In this document: positions 27,344 to 36,966 of the stretch, one piece after another
Position numbering within the stretch: position 1 is the first letter of the stretch
How the letters are laid out: each line of letters opens with the position of its first letter
Assembly (NCBI GenBank): GCA_043743715.1
Contig: JAYTWK010000017.1
Coordinates: forward strand, 1-48,610
DNA length: 48,610 nucleotides
Reading direction: 5' to 3'
DNA from: a bacterium
Lineage (GTDB): Bacteria > Patescibacteriota > Minisyncoccia > Phycocordibacterales > UBA6899
Made by a program: the position numbers and the translations under genes
The notes under the pieces: model-generated
Database searches by the model: none
Told to the model about the DNA's origin: nothing
What the model saw: only the letters and a program-made list of their open reading frames with translations

Positions 27344-27874
27344 ATGAGCGGACACAGTAAATGGGCACAAATCAAACGACAAAAAGGCTCTGAGGATGCA
27401 AAGAAATCTAAACTTTTCGGCAAACTCGGAAGTCTTATTGCGACTGAATCACGATTATCGAAAGGAGATGTGACTTCTCCTGGGCTGCGCACCATCATCG
27501 AGAAGGCAAAGAAAGTAAACATGCCGAAGGACACCATCGAACGCGCAATAAAAAAGGGAGCTGGTGGGGAAGCTGATGCGATGGAAGAACTTACGTACGA
27601 AGGATACGGACCGGGGGGGTGCGCACTCATCATTGAGGCATTCACCAGCAACCGCAATAAAGCAGCGCAAGAGATAAAATTTATACTCTCAAAACACGGC
27701 GGCTCACTCGCCGCACAGGGTGCAGCCGCATGGGCGTTCACGAAGACCGAAGAAGGGTGGGGGCCAAACAGCCCGCTTCCCTTAAGTGAGGCTGATGGAC
27801 AAGAACTCTCCCTCCTTATCGAAGAACTCGAGGGAAATGGTGAGGTGCAGGATGTATACACTAACGCAGACTGA
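27344..27874 (+). CDS. yebC: YebC/PmpR family protein (short form)
   Basis: MSGHSKWAQIKRQK, NMPKDTIERAI, YEGYGPGG and VQDVYTN motifs; 176 aa. Confidence 0.93.
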   Translation: MSGHSKWAQIKRQKGSEDAKKSKLFGKLGSLIATESRLSKGDVTSPGLRTIIEKAKKVNMPKDTIERAIKKGAGGEADAMEELTYEGYGPGGCALIIEAFTSNRNKAAQEIKFILSKHGGSLAAQGAAAWAFTKTEEGWGPNSPLPLSEADGQELSLLIEELEGNGEVQDVYTNAD

Positions 27875-27876
27875 TC

Positions 27877-28371
27877 ATGAGGGTACTTGCGATCGATCCG
27901 GGTTTTGGACGATGTGGCGTTGCTGTGCTCGAAGGCGAGGGAAGCACCGCAACACTGTTATATTCAAACTGTATTGAGACACAACCCAATAGCAACTTTT
28001 CACTTCGCCTGCTGGAGGTCGCAAAAACAGTATTATCCCTCATCGACACATATCTCCCTGATACTATTGCAATAGAAGAACTCTACTTCAGCTCGAATCA
28101 AAAGACCGTGTTCCATGTCGCAGAAGTTCGCGGTATGCTCATGTATCTCGCCGTCTCTCATGGAGTCACTCTTGTCGAATATAATCCATTGACCGTGAAA
28201 ACAGCACTCACTGGTTACGGGCGGGCAACGAAACAGCAGATAACCAAAATGGTGGCAACCATACTCAAACTTGAGACAAAAGCCAGAAAAGATGACGAAT
28301 ATGATGCTATTGCTCTTGGAATTACCGCTATCGCCCACGCGCGTCGAGCCGCTTCGGAGAACGCCATATAG
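27877..28371 (+). CDS. ruvC: Crossover junction endodeoxyribonuclease RuvC
   Basis: LAIDPG, AIEELYF, EYNP..VK and DDEYDA motifs. Confidence 0.96.
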   Translation: MRVLAIDPGFGRCGVAVLEGEGSTATLLYSNCIETQPNSNFSLRLLEVAKTVLSLIDTYLPDTIAIEELYFSSNQKTVFHVAEVRGMLMYLAVSHGVTLVEYNPLTVKTALTGYGRATKQQITKMVATILKLETKARKDDEYDAIALGITAIAHARRAASENAI

Positions 28372-28501
28372 AGTTATCCACAAGATTTTTTTTATTAGTT
28401 GCACAGCTGTGTCAAAACATGATACATAGTGATGAATATCCTGCTCACAAAAATCAAGGATATGGTCGCATTAGAACTTATGTTCATTAATACGTTTCAT
28501 T

Positions 28502-28693
28502 ATGACTGACGATGTAGTAACGGGAGGAATATTGCCGATAGACGACAGTGTACAAACTGAAGCTGAGTTTGATCCTGATGCGGTTGAGAGCGATGTATTC
28601 CTTGATGATCCAAAAGATGAGATTTTGCTCGGCGACGACCTCACGGATCTTGCCTCAAGTGATGACGACGAATTACTCGAGGTGGATGTTTAG
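28502..28693 (+). CDS. Small highly acidic hypothetical protein
   Basis: 63 aa with 23 Asp/Glu and a single Lys; followed by its own terminator. Confidence 0.6.
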   Translation: MTDDVVTGGILPIDDSVQTEAEFDPDAVESDVFLDDPKDEILLGDDLTDLASSDDDELLEVDV

Positions 28694-28706
28694 AGATTTT
28701 CTGAGT

Positions 28707-28744
28707 AAAAAATAATCCGCTGTGTGCATAGCGGATTATTTTTT
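28707..28744. terminator. Bidirectional terminator
   Basis: AAAAATAATCCGCT-N-AGCGGATTATTTTT between convergent genes. Confidence 0.82.
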
Positions 28745-28767
28745 ACTGTTCCTGCGGCACCAGGATG

Positions 28768-30213
28768 CTACTTAAGTACAATCTCAATAAAACGATGTTT
28801 TCCAATCTTCAGTACAATGTCTTCAGAAAGTGAGTAGAAGGGGTCTTCGATTTTTGTTTCGCCGTTTTTTCTCACTGCTCCTTCCTCCACGAGTCTGCGG
28901 AATTCGCTTTTTGAAGCAATAATTCCTCCTTCGACCAAAACCTCCGAAAGTAGCACTCCTTTTACTCCGGACAGTTTTGTCATGTCACTCGGGATTTCTT
29001 TGTTTTGGAATGTATCAATAAATGCTTGGCGGGCGGTTTGAGCAGCCTCGCGTCCATGATAGATTTCGACAATCTGTTCTGCGATATTCATTTTTATCTC
29101 TTTGGGATGTAGCTTGCCTGACTCGAGAGACTTGATGATATGTTTCACTTCACTCATTGGTGTAAATGTGCAAAGCTCAAGGTAGGAACCGAGCGCATCA
29201 TCCGAAATGCTCATCACTTTGCCGAACATGTCCGCCGGCTTGTCGGTGATGCCGATATAATTATCAAGTGACTTGGACATCTTCTCTTTGCCGTCGAGTC
29301 CGGTAAGGAGATTAAATGAGAGAACTGATTGTGGAGGCTTTTTGCTCATTTCCATGACCTTGCGTCCAATCAGGAGATTGAATGTTTGGTCGGTACCCCC
29401 AACCTCAAGGTCACACGAACCGTAGATATCATGAATCACATTCGAGTCGATACCCTGCAAAACCGGATACATCATTTCGTGCATGAAGAGCGGCTCGCCG
29501 CTCTTGAGTCTGTCTTGAAACATATCGCGCTCGATCAATTGCGCAAGGGTTATATTTCTGAGCACTGAAAGAATGGTCGCGAAGGTTACACCGCGTGCGG
29601 GTTTATGGAGCACTTGCGTCTGCATACGGGTCTTGTCAAAAATTAGCGCTTTGCCGACAAATGAGTTTCCGTCAAATTCAACAGTGCGCTCGACACCGGT
29701 CGTGTCATGTATGTTCCATGTCACTTTAGTTTTTTCATCAACAAAAATATCAGTCACTCCGTAGAACCAGTCAGAGTTCCGCATCCAACTAAATGTCGGT
29801 GTGTGGAGTATGTTTCCCGCAGTGTCTGTTTCGATGCTGAGTATCTTTCCGACCTGAGCAAGGTAGGTCTTCATGTTTTCCTCTATTGTTTTTTGTTCAA
29901 TTTCAGGACGCACTTTGCTTTTGCCGGTTGGATCACCGATAAGTGTTGTGAAGTCGCCGATTAAAAAAATAATCTTGCAGCCAAGATCTTGCAACTGCCG
30001 AAGCTTGCGCAGTACCACCGCATGTCCAAGATGAATATCCGGCCTGGTGGGGTCCATGCCAAACTTTACGACAATATCGCCAGGGTACTCTCCGAGCGCC
30101 TTCTTGATGAGTTTTGTGCGAAATGTATCATTCGAGTCGACAAATGTGCCGACGGCACGACTTAAAATGCCTTCAACAACATGCTCCGCATCTTCTTTGC
30201 TCATTTTCTTCAT
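28768..30213 (-). CDS. tyrS: Tyrosine--tRNA ligase with internal insertion
   Basis: DPTRPDIHLGH, IGDPTGK, YPVLQGID, GGTDQ and KMSKS motifs; C-terminal S4 domain. Start approximate (30216, 30213 or 30204). Confidence 0.96.
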   Translation of the reverse strand: MKKMSKEDAEHVVEGILSRAVGTFVDSNDTFRTKLIKKALGEYPGDIVVKFGMDPTRPDIHLGHAVVLRKLRQLQDLGCKIIFLIGDFTTLIGDPTGKSKVRPEIEQKTIEENMKTYLAQVGKILSIETDTAGNILHTPTFSWMRNSDWFYGVTDIFVDEKTKVTWNIHDTTGVERTVEFDGNSFVGKALIFDKTRMQTQVLHKPARGVTFATILSVLRNITLAQLIERDMFQDRLKSGEPLFMHEMMYPVLQGIDSNVIHDIYGSCDLEVGGTDQTFNLLIGRKVMEMSKKPPQSVLSFNLLTGLDGKEKMSKSLDNYIGITDKPADMFGKVMSISDDALGSYLELCTFTPMSEVKHIIKSLESGKLHPKEIKMNIAEQIVEIYHGREAAQTARQAFIDTFQNKEIPSDMTKLSGVKGVLLSEVLVEGGIIASKSEFRRLVEEGAVRKNGETKIEDPFYSLSEDIVLKIGKHRFIEIVLK

Positions 30214-30290
30214 CATAAAATCTATGCTAACACATCGTGTTTGCTTTGTCTTTTCTTGGATTTTTTGTGATAAAATACCCCTATTCACAT

Positions 30291-32840
30291 ATGCCCACAA
30301 TCCTCAAAAAGCGCCGTAAGCACCGTATTCTTTATGCTCTGCAGATATTAATGATATTGTTTCTTATCATCAGCATCTTCGCTGTTAGTGCATTCCTTGT
30401 CTGGGCATCAACCATTGAGATCCCCGACTTCAGTCTATTTGAGTCGCGTAAGGTTTCCCAATCAACCAAGATTTACGACCGGACGGGTACCGTCCTCTTA
30501 TATGATGTCCACAAAGATGTGCGCCGCACTATCGTCCCATTCGAATCGATTAGCCCTTATGTGAAAAACGCGTCGGTCGCTATTGAGGATGACCAGTTCT
30601 ATCAACACCACGGGATAGAGCCAAAAGCTATTTTGCGAGCGATACTCGTCAACCTTCATCTGCGTGCGGGTTACGCCAGACAAGGTGGCTCCACCATCAC
30701 TCAGCAGGTAATAAAGAATGCACTCCTCTCACAAGAGCGCACGATCACGCGAAAAGTAAAAGAATGGATACTGGCGATAAAGATTGAGCGTATCATGACA
30801 AAAGAACAGATTCTTACGCTCTATTTGAATGAAGCGCCGTACGGAGGAAATATGTATGGAGTTGAGGAAGCCAGTGTTTCATATTTCGGTAAACATGCGA
30901 GCGATGTATCGCTTGCCGAGGCTGCGTATCTTGCCGCGCTTCCACAGGCCCCTACTCTCTATTCCCCGTACGGAAACAATGTGGAAAGACTCTCGGCGCG
31001 TAAAAACCTTGTACTAAAAAAAATGCTTTCACTTGCAATGATCACTCCGGAGGAATTTGCTTCTTCGACTGCGCAGAAGGTGAAGTTCATTCCTCAGCAA
31101 GTGGGGGGTATTCGCGCTCCACACTTTGTTATGTACCTCAAGGAAAGATTGGCGGAAGCATACGGAGAGGACACGCTCGATGAAGGAGGTTTGAAAGTAC
31201 TGTCAACGCTCGATATGGACCTACAGCAAAAAGCAGAGGCGGTGGTAAACCAGTATGCGGCATCGAATGAAAAATCCTACAACGCAAAGAATGCGTCGTT
31301 GGTTGCCATAGACCCGAAGACTGGGCAAATCCTCGCAATGGTTGGTTCTCGTGATTATTTCGATACTGCACACGACGGAAATTATAATATTGCACTCGCA
31401 AAAAGACAGCCGGGCTCGTCTTTTAAGCCATTTGTCTATGCAGCAGCATTTGAAAAGGGGTACACACCCGATACAAAATTATTTGATGTCCCGACACAAT
31501 TCTCAACCCGCTGTGATGTTGAGGGGAATCCTCTCCCAGGATCAAAGGAGTCGATGTGCTATATGCCTGAAAATTATGATCATGTGTACCGGGGGCCAAT
31601 GACTTTGCGTAATGCGCTTGCACAGTCGGTCAACATACCGGCAGTGAAACTTCTTTATCTTGTTGGGCTCGATAGCGCTATTGATATGGCACAACGCCTC
31701 GGAATAACTACATTGGTGGACAAATCTCGTTATGGTCTCACTCTTGTTTTGGGAGGTGGTGAGGTTTCACTTCTTGAGATGACCAGTGCATATGGGGTAT
31801 TCGCCCACGATGGTGTGCGTGAACCATATACCGGCATTCTAAAGATTGAAGACACTCAGGGGCAGACGGTGGCTGAGTTTACTCCACATGAGACACAAGT
31901 TATTGATCCTGAAATCGCGCGAAAGATAAGCGACGTGCTTTCTGATAATGTTGCACGTGCTCCCGCATTTGGTGAAAATTCCTTTCTAAGGGTCGATAAT
32001 CGTGAAGTCGCAGTAAAAACAGGAACCACGAATGATTACCGCGATGCATGGATTGTGGGGTATACACCCTCGTTAGTGGTTGGCATGTGGGCAGGAAATA
32101 ATAACAACACTCCGATGAAAAAAAAGGTTGCGGGCTTCATTGTCGCACCGATGTGGAATGCATTCTTTCAAGCAGCATCATCTTCACTTCCAAACGAAGG
32201 ATTCCTTCCTCCACAACCAATATCACCTACAATTAAACCCGCACTTCGTGGTGTGTGGTATGGAGGTGATATCTATAAGATTGATAGGATATCTGGCAAA
32301 CTCGCGACCGAGTTCACTCCCTCAGAAACTACTGAGGATCGAGTTATACCGAACCCCCATGAAATACTCTACTGGGTAAACAAGAATGATCCGAGTGGCC
32401 TCGCACCGACCAACCCTTACTCCGATCCTCAATTTTTATTATGGGAGACCCCCGCACAACGCTGGATTGCCGTAAACGGACTTCCCCCGAACGCCCTTAC
32501 ATCAATACCCGTACTCAGTGATGATATTCATAGACCCGAGCTTCAGCCGCATGTCACTATTCTGAGTCCAAACGCGACAACGACCTATGCTCGCTCAGAG
32601 AAAATAAATATTCAAACAGAGGTGACATCAAGTTACATCATCGACCGTGTTGATTTTTCTTTAAACGGTACATTTATAGGCTCAAACCGTTTTCAACCAT
32701 ATGATTTCTCTTTTGACCCTTCTCAAGTAAGCGTCACGAGCGACCAGAATGTACTCGAGGCGACCATATATGATCTTGTGGGAAATAAAACTGCTTCATC
32801 AGTCATCTTTTCCTTCGTTTCAAATACTCCTTCATTTTAG
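30291..32840 (+). CDS. Class A penicillin-binding protein (PBP1A-like) with C-terminal Ig-like domain
   Basis: N-terminal TM, EDDQFYQHHG, GGSTITQQ, SSFK, SVN and KTGT motifs. Confidence 0.95.
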   Translation: MPTILKKRRKHRILYALQILMILFLIISIFAVSAFLVWASTIEIPDFSLFESRKVSQSTKIYDRTGTVLLYDVHKDVRRTIVPFESISPYVKNASVAIEDDQFYQHHGIEPKAILRAILVNLHLRAGYARQGGSTITQQVIKNALLSQERTITRKVKEWILAIKIERIMTKEQILTLYLNEAPYGGNMYGVEEASVSYFGKHASDVSLAEAAYLAALPQAPTLYSPYGNNVERLSARKNLVLKKMLSLAMITPEEFASSTAQKVKFIPQQVGGIRAPHFVMYLKERLAEAYGEDTLDEGGLKVLSTLDMDLQQKAEAVVNQYAASNEKSYNAKNASLVAIDPKTGQILAMVGSRDYFDTAHDGNYNIALAKRQPGSSFKPFVYAAAFEKGYTPDTKLFDVPTQFSTRCDVEGNPLPGSKESMCYMPENYDHVYRGPMTLRNALAQSVNIPAVKLLYLVGLDSAIDMAQRLGITTLVDKSRYGLTLVLGGGEVSLLEMTSAYGVFAHDGVREPYTGILKIEDTQGQTVAEFTPHETQVIDPEIARKISDVLSDNVARAPAFGENSFLRVDNREVAVKTGTTNDYRDAWIVGYTPSLVVGMWAGNNNNTPMKKKVAGFIVAPMWNAFFQAASSSLPNEGFLPPQPISPTIKPALRGVWYGGDIYKIDRISGKLATEFTPSETTEDRVIPNPHEILYWVNKNDPSGLAPTNPYSDPQFLLWETPAQRWIAVNGLPPNALTSIPVLSDDIHRPELQPHVTILSPNATTTYARSEKINIQTEVTSSYIIDRVDFSLNGTFIGSNRFQPYDFSFDPSQVSVTSDQNVLEATIYDLVGNKTASSVIFSFVSNTPSF

Positions 32841-32843
32841 TTT

Positions 32844-33104
32844 TTAATGAACGTCATAAATATCCTTCACTCCATTATCGAGAAATTTTTTAAGAATTTT
32901 TTCTTTATAGAGAAATATTTGGTTCTTTGACACACTATCAATACTTAGTACTATCTCATTCTTTTTTATTTCTATCTCTTTTTCTTCAATAGTGACGCCT
33001 GAGATATCCCGAATAATCTCAAGGATACGCTGACGTGTGTCATCCGCTTGGAATAATCGTTTACGGTACTCTTCGAGGAAACTTTGTATCCCGGATAATT
33101 GCAT
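32844..33104 (-). CDS. Small hypothetical protein downstream of dnaN (possibly DciA/DUF721-like)
   Basis: Clean 86-aa ORF co-oriented with dnaN; alpha/beta pattern. Family assignment is a guess. Confidence 0.55.
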   Translation of the reverse strand: MQLSGIQSFLEEYRKRLFQADDTRQRILEIIRDISGVTIEEKEIEIKKNEIVLSIDSVSKNQIFLYKEKILKKFLDNGVKDIYDVH

Positions 33105-33142
33105 TTTTTATGTTTTTGTTTTGTGTTTCCTTTCTATCGTAA

Positions 33143-34243
33143 CTACCCTTTCATGGGCATCACAAGGTAGGTGAAGCTGTGGTCTCCAACGCCACGAATG
33201 ACCAATGATTTATTTGAACCGTTTGCATAGAGGGTCACACTATCAACAGAGAGGTAATTGAGCACATCCATAAGAAACCTCTGATTCAGAAGGAACTCTA
33301 CTGCTTCACCCTCTAGTACCGCCTCTAATTGTTGTGAGGTTTCTCCAATGTCGTCATTTCGTGATTCAATCTCGAATATTTTTTCTTGAGGGATAATCTT
33401 CAAGCGAACTTGTTGGAGCTTTCCGGAAAAGACTGTGGTGAGTTTTAATCGGTCAATGAAATCCTGACGAAGAAGTGTCGCTTCGGTTTGAAATTGTTTT
33501 GCAATAATCTGTTTATAATCAGGAAAAACACCATCAATAAGTCGCGAGGTAATATGCAGGTGTTCGGTGTGAAATGATATTTGATTTTTTGTTGCTGTTA
33601 CACTGACACGCTCTGTGACCCCTTCTAATGCACGCATTATTTCAATGACGTTCTTGCCTGGGATAAGTAGTGAAAGTTCTCCTGGGGCATTTTTGAGAGG
33701 AATACGCTTCTCTGAGAGTCTTGATGAGTCGGAGGCAACCATGACGAGCTGCTGCTCATCGGTGTAGCAATAAATACTCGCAAATTCGGGTTTAATGTTG
33801 GATATCGCGACCGCATATGAGGTAGCACGAAATCCAGAGAGTAATGCTTTTGCTTCAATCTCAAATGTTGTGCCTTTTGTCGCAAAAGGAATAGTTGGAA
33901 AATCCTCATATCCAAAACCTTTCACAAGAGTGAGGTATGATGCTCCGGTTATTGTAAGGTGTTCTCCAACTTGCTCAATTGTGACATTTTTCTCATGAGG
34001 GAGATTCGAAAGAAAATTGCCCAATGTGTCTGCAGGAATAGCAATGACTCCCTCCTTCTCTATCTTTGCGGGTATCTCAATCTCAATACCAAGGTCAAGA
34101 TTTGTCGCTCGAAGTTTGAGTGAGCGCTCTGCAGCAATAAAAAGTACATATCGAAGAACTGGCAACGAAAGTTGTTTCCCAGTGAACCGCTCAGCAGTAA
34201 GGAGCGCGTCTTTTAAATTTAGTTTTACACATTCAAGCTTCAT
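33143..34243 (-). CDS. dnaN: DNA polymerase III beta clamp
   Basis: ATNLDLGI, DFP, SDSSRL, RLIDGVFPDY and LVMPMK motifs. Confidence 0.97.
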   Translation of the reverse strand: MKLECVKLNLKDALLTAERFTGKQLSLPVLRYVLFIAAERSLKLRATNLDLGIEIEIPAKIEKEGVIAIPADTLGNFLSNLPHEKNVTIEQVGEHLTITGASYLTLVKGFGYEDFPTIPFATKGTTFEIEAKALLSGFRATSYAVAISNIKPEFASIYCYTDEQQLVMVASDSSRLSEKRIPLKNAPGELSLLIPGKNVIEIMRALEGVTERVSVTATKNQISFHTEHLHITSRLIDGVFPDYKQIIAKQFQTEATLLRQDFIDRLKLTTVFSGKLQQVRLKIIPQEKIFEIESRNDDIGETSQQLEAVLEGEAVEFLLNQRFLMDVLNYLSVDSVTLYANGSNKSLVIRGVGDHSFTYLVMPMKG

Positions 34244-34480
34244 TTCTTTTATATAAGATTAATTATATGAATTACGGGTGTGGATATGTGGAGGGAGTTC
34301 ATTCTATTGTGTTGCGTATGAGTATTCATAGTATTTTTTCTTGCGTGGTTTGTGGAGAATGTTCACGATGTCTTCATAATCCAAAGTTCTATATTTCTTG
34401 TCCCCACCTGATACACAATTGACCCGGCATTCTCTACCCACTATATCCTCTGTTATCCACATGCTTTTCAATAGAATAAA
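34244..34480. other. oriC: Replication origin oriC (dnaA-dnaN intergenic)
   Basis: TTATCCACA 34453-34461, TGTGGAGAA 34351-34359, overlapping pair TGTGGATAT/TGTGGAGGG 34279-34295 next to CGGG and an AT-rich tract beside the dnaN start. Confidence 0.8.
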
Positions 34481-35824
34481 TTAGAACAATGCGCGTATCT
34501 GATCAATCTCCTGCATCAATATTGAGTCAGATTTAATATCAACTTTTATTTTTTCACATGAGTGAATAACAGTCGTATGATCACGCCCACCAAGTTTTTG
34601 TCCGATTAAGGGGTATGAGATATTAAAATCCTCACGCAAGATATACATAAGCACTTGTCGCGGCTTCACCACCTCTTTCCTGCGCGTCTTCTCATAAATA
34701 AAACGCTCATCGATGTTGTAAAAAGTTGTGACCGTCTTCACAATATCCTTAATTGATACAGGTTTTGTGGGTTTTGCGTTGTTTTTAATGAGCGTCTTTA
34801 CTTCATTTAATGAAAGTACCTTATTTTTGAGCTGTGCTTGGCACACAACAAGATTAAGTGTTCCCTCAAGCTCACGAATACTCGCTTGGATGGTGTCAGC
34901 AATATACTCCACAATCTCATCTGGAATAATTACTTGCTGTTGTTTAAGTTTTTCACGAAGAATAGCGAGGCGTGATTCGTAATCAGGCATTGTTATTTCC
35001 ACAATCATTCCCGAACCAAAGCGCGATTTCAATCTATCCTCAAGACCATTAATGTAGTTTGGGTGTTTATCAGATGAGAAAATGATTTGTTTATTGTTCT
35101 CATAAAGTGCGTTATAGAGATGGAATAGTTCTTCCTGAGTCTTCTCTTTTCCAACAAGAAATTGAATATCATCCATAATAAGCACATCGTACTTGCGATA
35201 TTTATCTTTAAACTCACCAACACGATTATTCTGCAGTGAGTTCACATAATCAGTTGAGAATTTTTCCGAACTCACATACTGAATTTTTTTACCCGGGCCC
35301 TGTTTTTTTACCCCGTTCCCTATTGCTTGAATGAGGTGGGTCTTTCCAAATCCGGTCGATCCGTAGATAAAGAGTGGATTATACATAATACCAGGCTTCT
35401 TCAGCACTGCTTGGGCGGCTGCGTATGCAAGTTCATTGAAAGGACCAATGACAAATGATTCGAAGATGTATCTCGGGTTTAGACCATCCTCCTTGCTCAC
35501 ATAGGTGTCCTGGAGAGGGAGCTCAGCTCCGAAAATAGGGTCTTTTTTTGGAATTTGCTCATTTTTATCCTGTGCGTCATCTTTTGCGATGAGGTATTCA
35601 ACACCGCGTACTTGTTCAGAGAGATTGCGGAGGGTGCGGAGTATTGTGGAGTTATATTTTTTCATCAACCAGTCTCGGACGAACTCATTTTGAACACCAA
35701 TAAAGACCGTCCCTGAGTCCTGCTTCATTATTCTTGTGTTCTTGAACCAAGTGCTGAAATTCGCCTTAGAGACCTCGAGTTCAATGTCGACCATGGCCTT
35801 GTTCCACAATTCTTTATTCTCCAT
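34481..35824 (-). CDS. dnaA: Chromosomal replication initiator DnaA
   Basis: YNPLFIYGSTGFGKTHL, DDIQF, RELEG and GGRDHTTVIH motifs. Confidence 0.99.
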   Translation of the reverse strand: MENKELWNKAMVDIELEVSKANFSTWFKNTRIMKQDSGTVFIGVQNEFVRDWLMKKYNSTILRTLRNLSEQVRGVEYLIAKDDAQDKNEQIPKKDPIFGAELPLQDTYVSKEDGLNPRYIFESFVIGPFNELAYAAAQAVLKKPGIMYNPLFIYGSTGFGKTHLIQAIGNGVKKQGPGKKIQYVSSEKFSTDYVNSLQNNRVGEFKDKYRKYDVLIMDDIQFLVGKEKTQEELFHLYNALYENNKQIIFSSDKHPNYINGLEDRLKSRFGSGMIVEITMPDYESRLAILREKLKQQQVIIPDEIVEYIADTIQASIRELEGTLNLVVCQAQLKNKVLSLNEVKTLIKNNAKPTKPVSIKDIVKTVTTFYNIDERFIYEKTRRKEVVKPRQVLMYILREDFNISYPLIGQKLGGRDHTTVIHSCEKIKVDIKSDSILMQEIDQIRALF

Positions 35825-35901
35825 ATGTATCCTCCTAAATTACTTCAATAACGTAAGCACCATTATAGCGAAGATATTGATGAGTGAGAAAAATATCGAA
35901 C

Positions 35902-35932
35902 TGTTCATAATTAGTGTATAAACTGTGGACAA
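35902..35932. promoter_or_regulatory. Degenerate DnaA boxes upstream of dnaA
   Basis: TGTTCATAA, AGTGTATAA and TGTGGACAA spaced 11 bp apart. Confidence 0.55.
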
Positions 35933-36118
35933 CAGAATTACACATCATATATCATAAAAATAGAAATATTTTAGTAGCTACAGAAATAAACGAGCGACCT
36001 GCTCACCACCTCCACACACGAATAGTAATCATATAGGGATAAATATTCAGTTAATTATTTTTTTGATAACATACCTACAACACTTGCCATTACTGACCAT
36101 TCCGACTATACTCTCTCC

Positions 36119-36253
36119 ATGTCAGTTACATACCAGCCAAAGAAACGAAAACGCGCAAAAACCCACGGCTTTATGGCTCGAAAGAAAACCGCCGCAGGAA
36201 AAAGTGTTCTCAAGAGACGCATGCAAAAAGGCAGGGCTCGGCTCGCTGTATAG
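36119..36253 (+). CDS. rpmH: 50S ribosomal protein L34 (not in the ORF track)
   Basis: [44 protein letters not shown]. Confidence 0.96.
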   Translation: MSVTYQPKKRKRAKTHGFMARKKTAAGKSVLKRRMQKGRARLAV

Positions 36254-36357
36254 CCCTTTCCCCGGGATATGTACTATATAGAGACACACAATAAGCCGTT
36301 GTGTGTCTAAAATCCGGTTTATTTGGGCTATCTGAATAAATGGGATAATTTTCAAAC

Positions 36358-36711
36358 ATGCTCCCAAAAAAATCAAAGATCGATAGGAGTTCATTTCCTA
36401 CCCATTTAGAGAAAAAACACATATGGAATGGGGTATCACTGCGCATATATTGTTATCCTTCGGGCGATAAAAAAAAGCGCTTTGCTGTTGTGGTTTCAAA
36501 GAAACAGTTTTCTACCCATGTTGAAAAAAACCTTTTTAAGCGTCGTGTCTCTGAAGCCATTGTTTCACACAAGAATGTCTTTGAACGCATATCATTCTCG
36601 AAATTTGTTTTTTATCCCTCAAAACCTATTGCATCGCTTTCAAACAAAGATATTAAAGAATCATTAATCGACTTTCTCAAGGAATATGCTCCTCAGGTAC
36701 ATGCTTATTAA
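36358..36711 (+). CDS. rnpA: Ribonuclease P protein component
   Basis: MLPKK, RFAVVVSKK and EKNLFKRR (RNR-like) motifs; synteny after rpmH. Confidence 0.85.
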   Translation: MLPKKSKIDRSSFPTHLEKKHIWNGVSLRIYCYPSGDKKKRFAVVVSKKQFSTHVEKNLFKRRVSEAIVSHKNVFERISFSKFVFYPSKPIASLSNKDIKESLIDFLKEYAPQVHAY

Positions 36712-36928
36712 AATTATTAGGGCCTACCAGAAGATTTTCTCCCCCGACAACGGACTTCTCAAAGTACTTTATCCCAACAATAAAGGACATTGTCGTATGT
36801 ATCCTTCGTGTTCGGAGTATATGGCTATTTCTATTCAAACATACGGTGTGATGAGTGGCACACACAAAGGAATAAAGAGGATTTTTCGCTGCAATCCGTT
36901 CCAAAAACAGTTCATTGATATTCCATGA
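36686..36928 (+). CDS. yidD: Membrane protein insertion efficiency factor YidD
   Basis: YQKIFSPD, CRMYPSCSEY and RIFRCNPF motifs. Confidence 0.93.
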   Translation: MLLRYMLIKIIRAYQKIFSPDNGLLKVLYPNNKGHCRMYPSCSEYMAISIQTYGVMSGTHKGIKRIFRCNPFQKQFIDIP

Positions 36929-36966
36929 GGGGTTTTGCAATAAAGCGATATTTCAATTAGGATGGG

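Noticed and set aside
27331-27861. 176-aa minus-strand ORF
   Set aside because: Antisense shadow of yebC. The same applies to 43905-44780, 47111-47707, 22785-23453, 4131-4745 and similar ORFs.
18250-27874. Short PolA and short YebC as pseudogenes
   Set aside because: Both have uninterrupted frames with intact terminal motifs; domain loss fits reduced CPR proteins.
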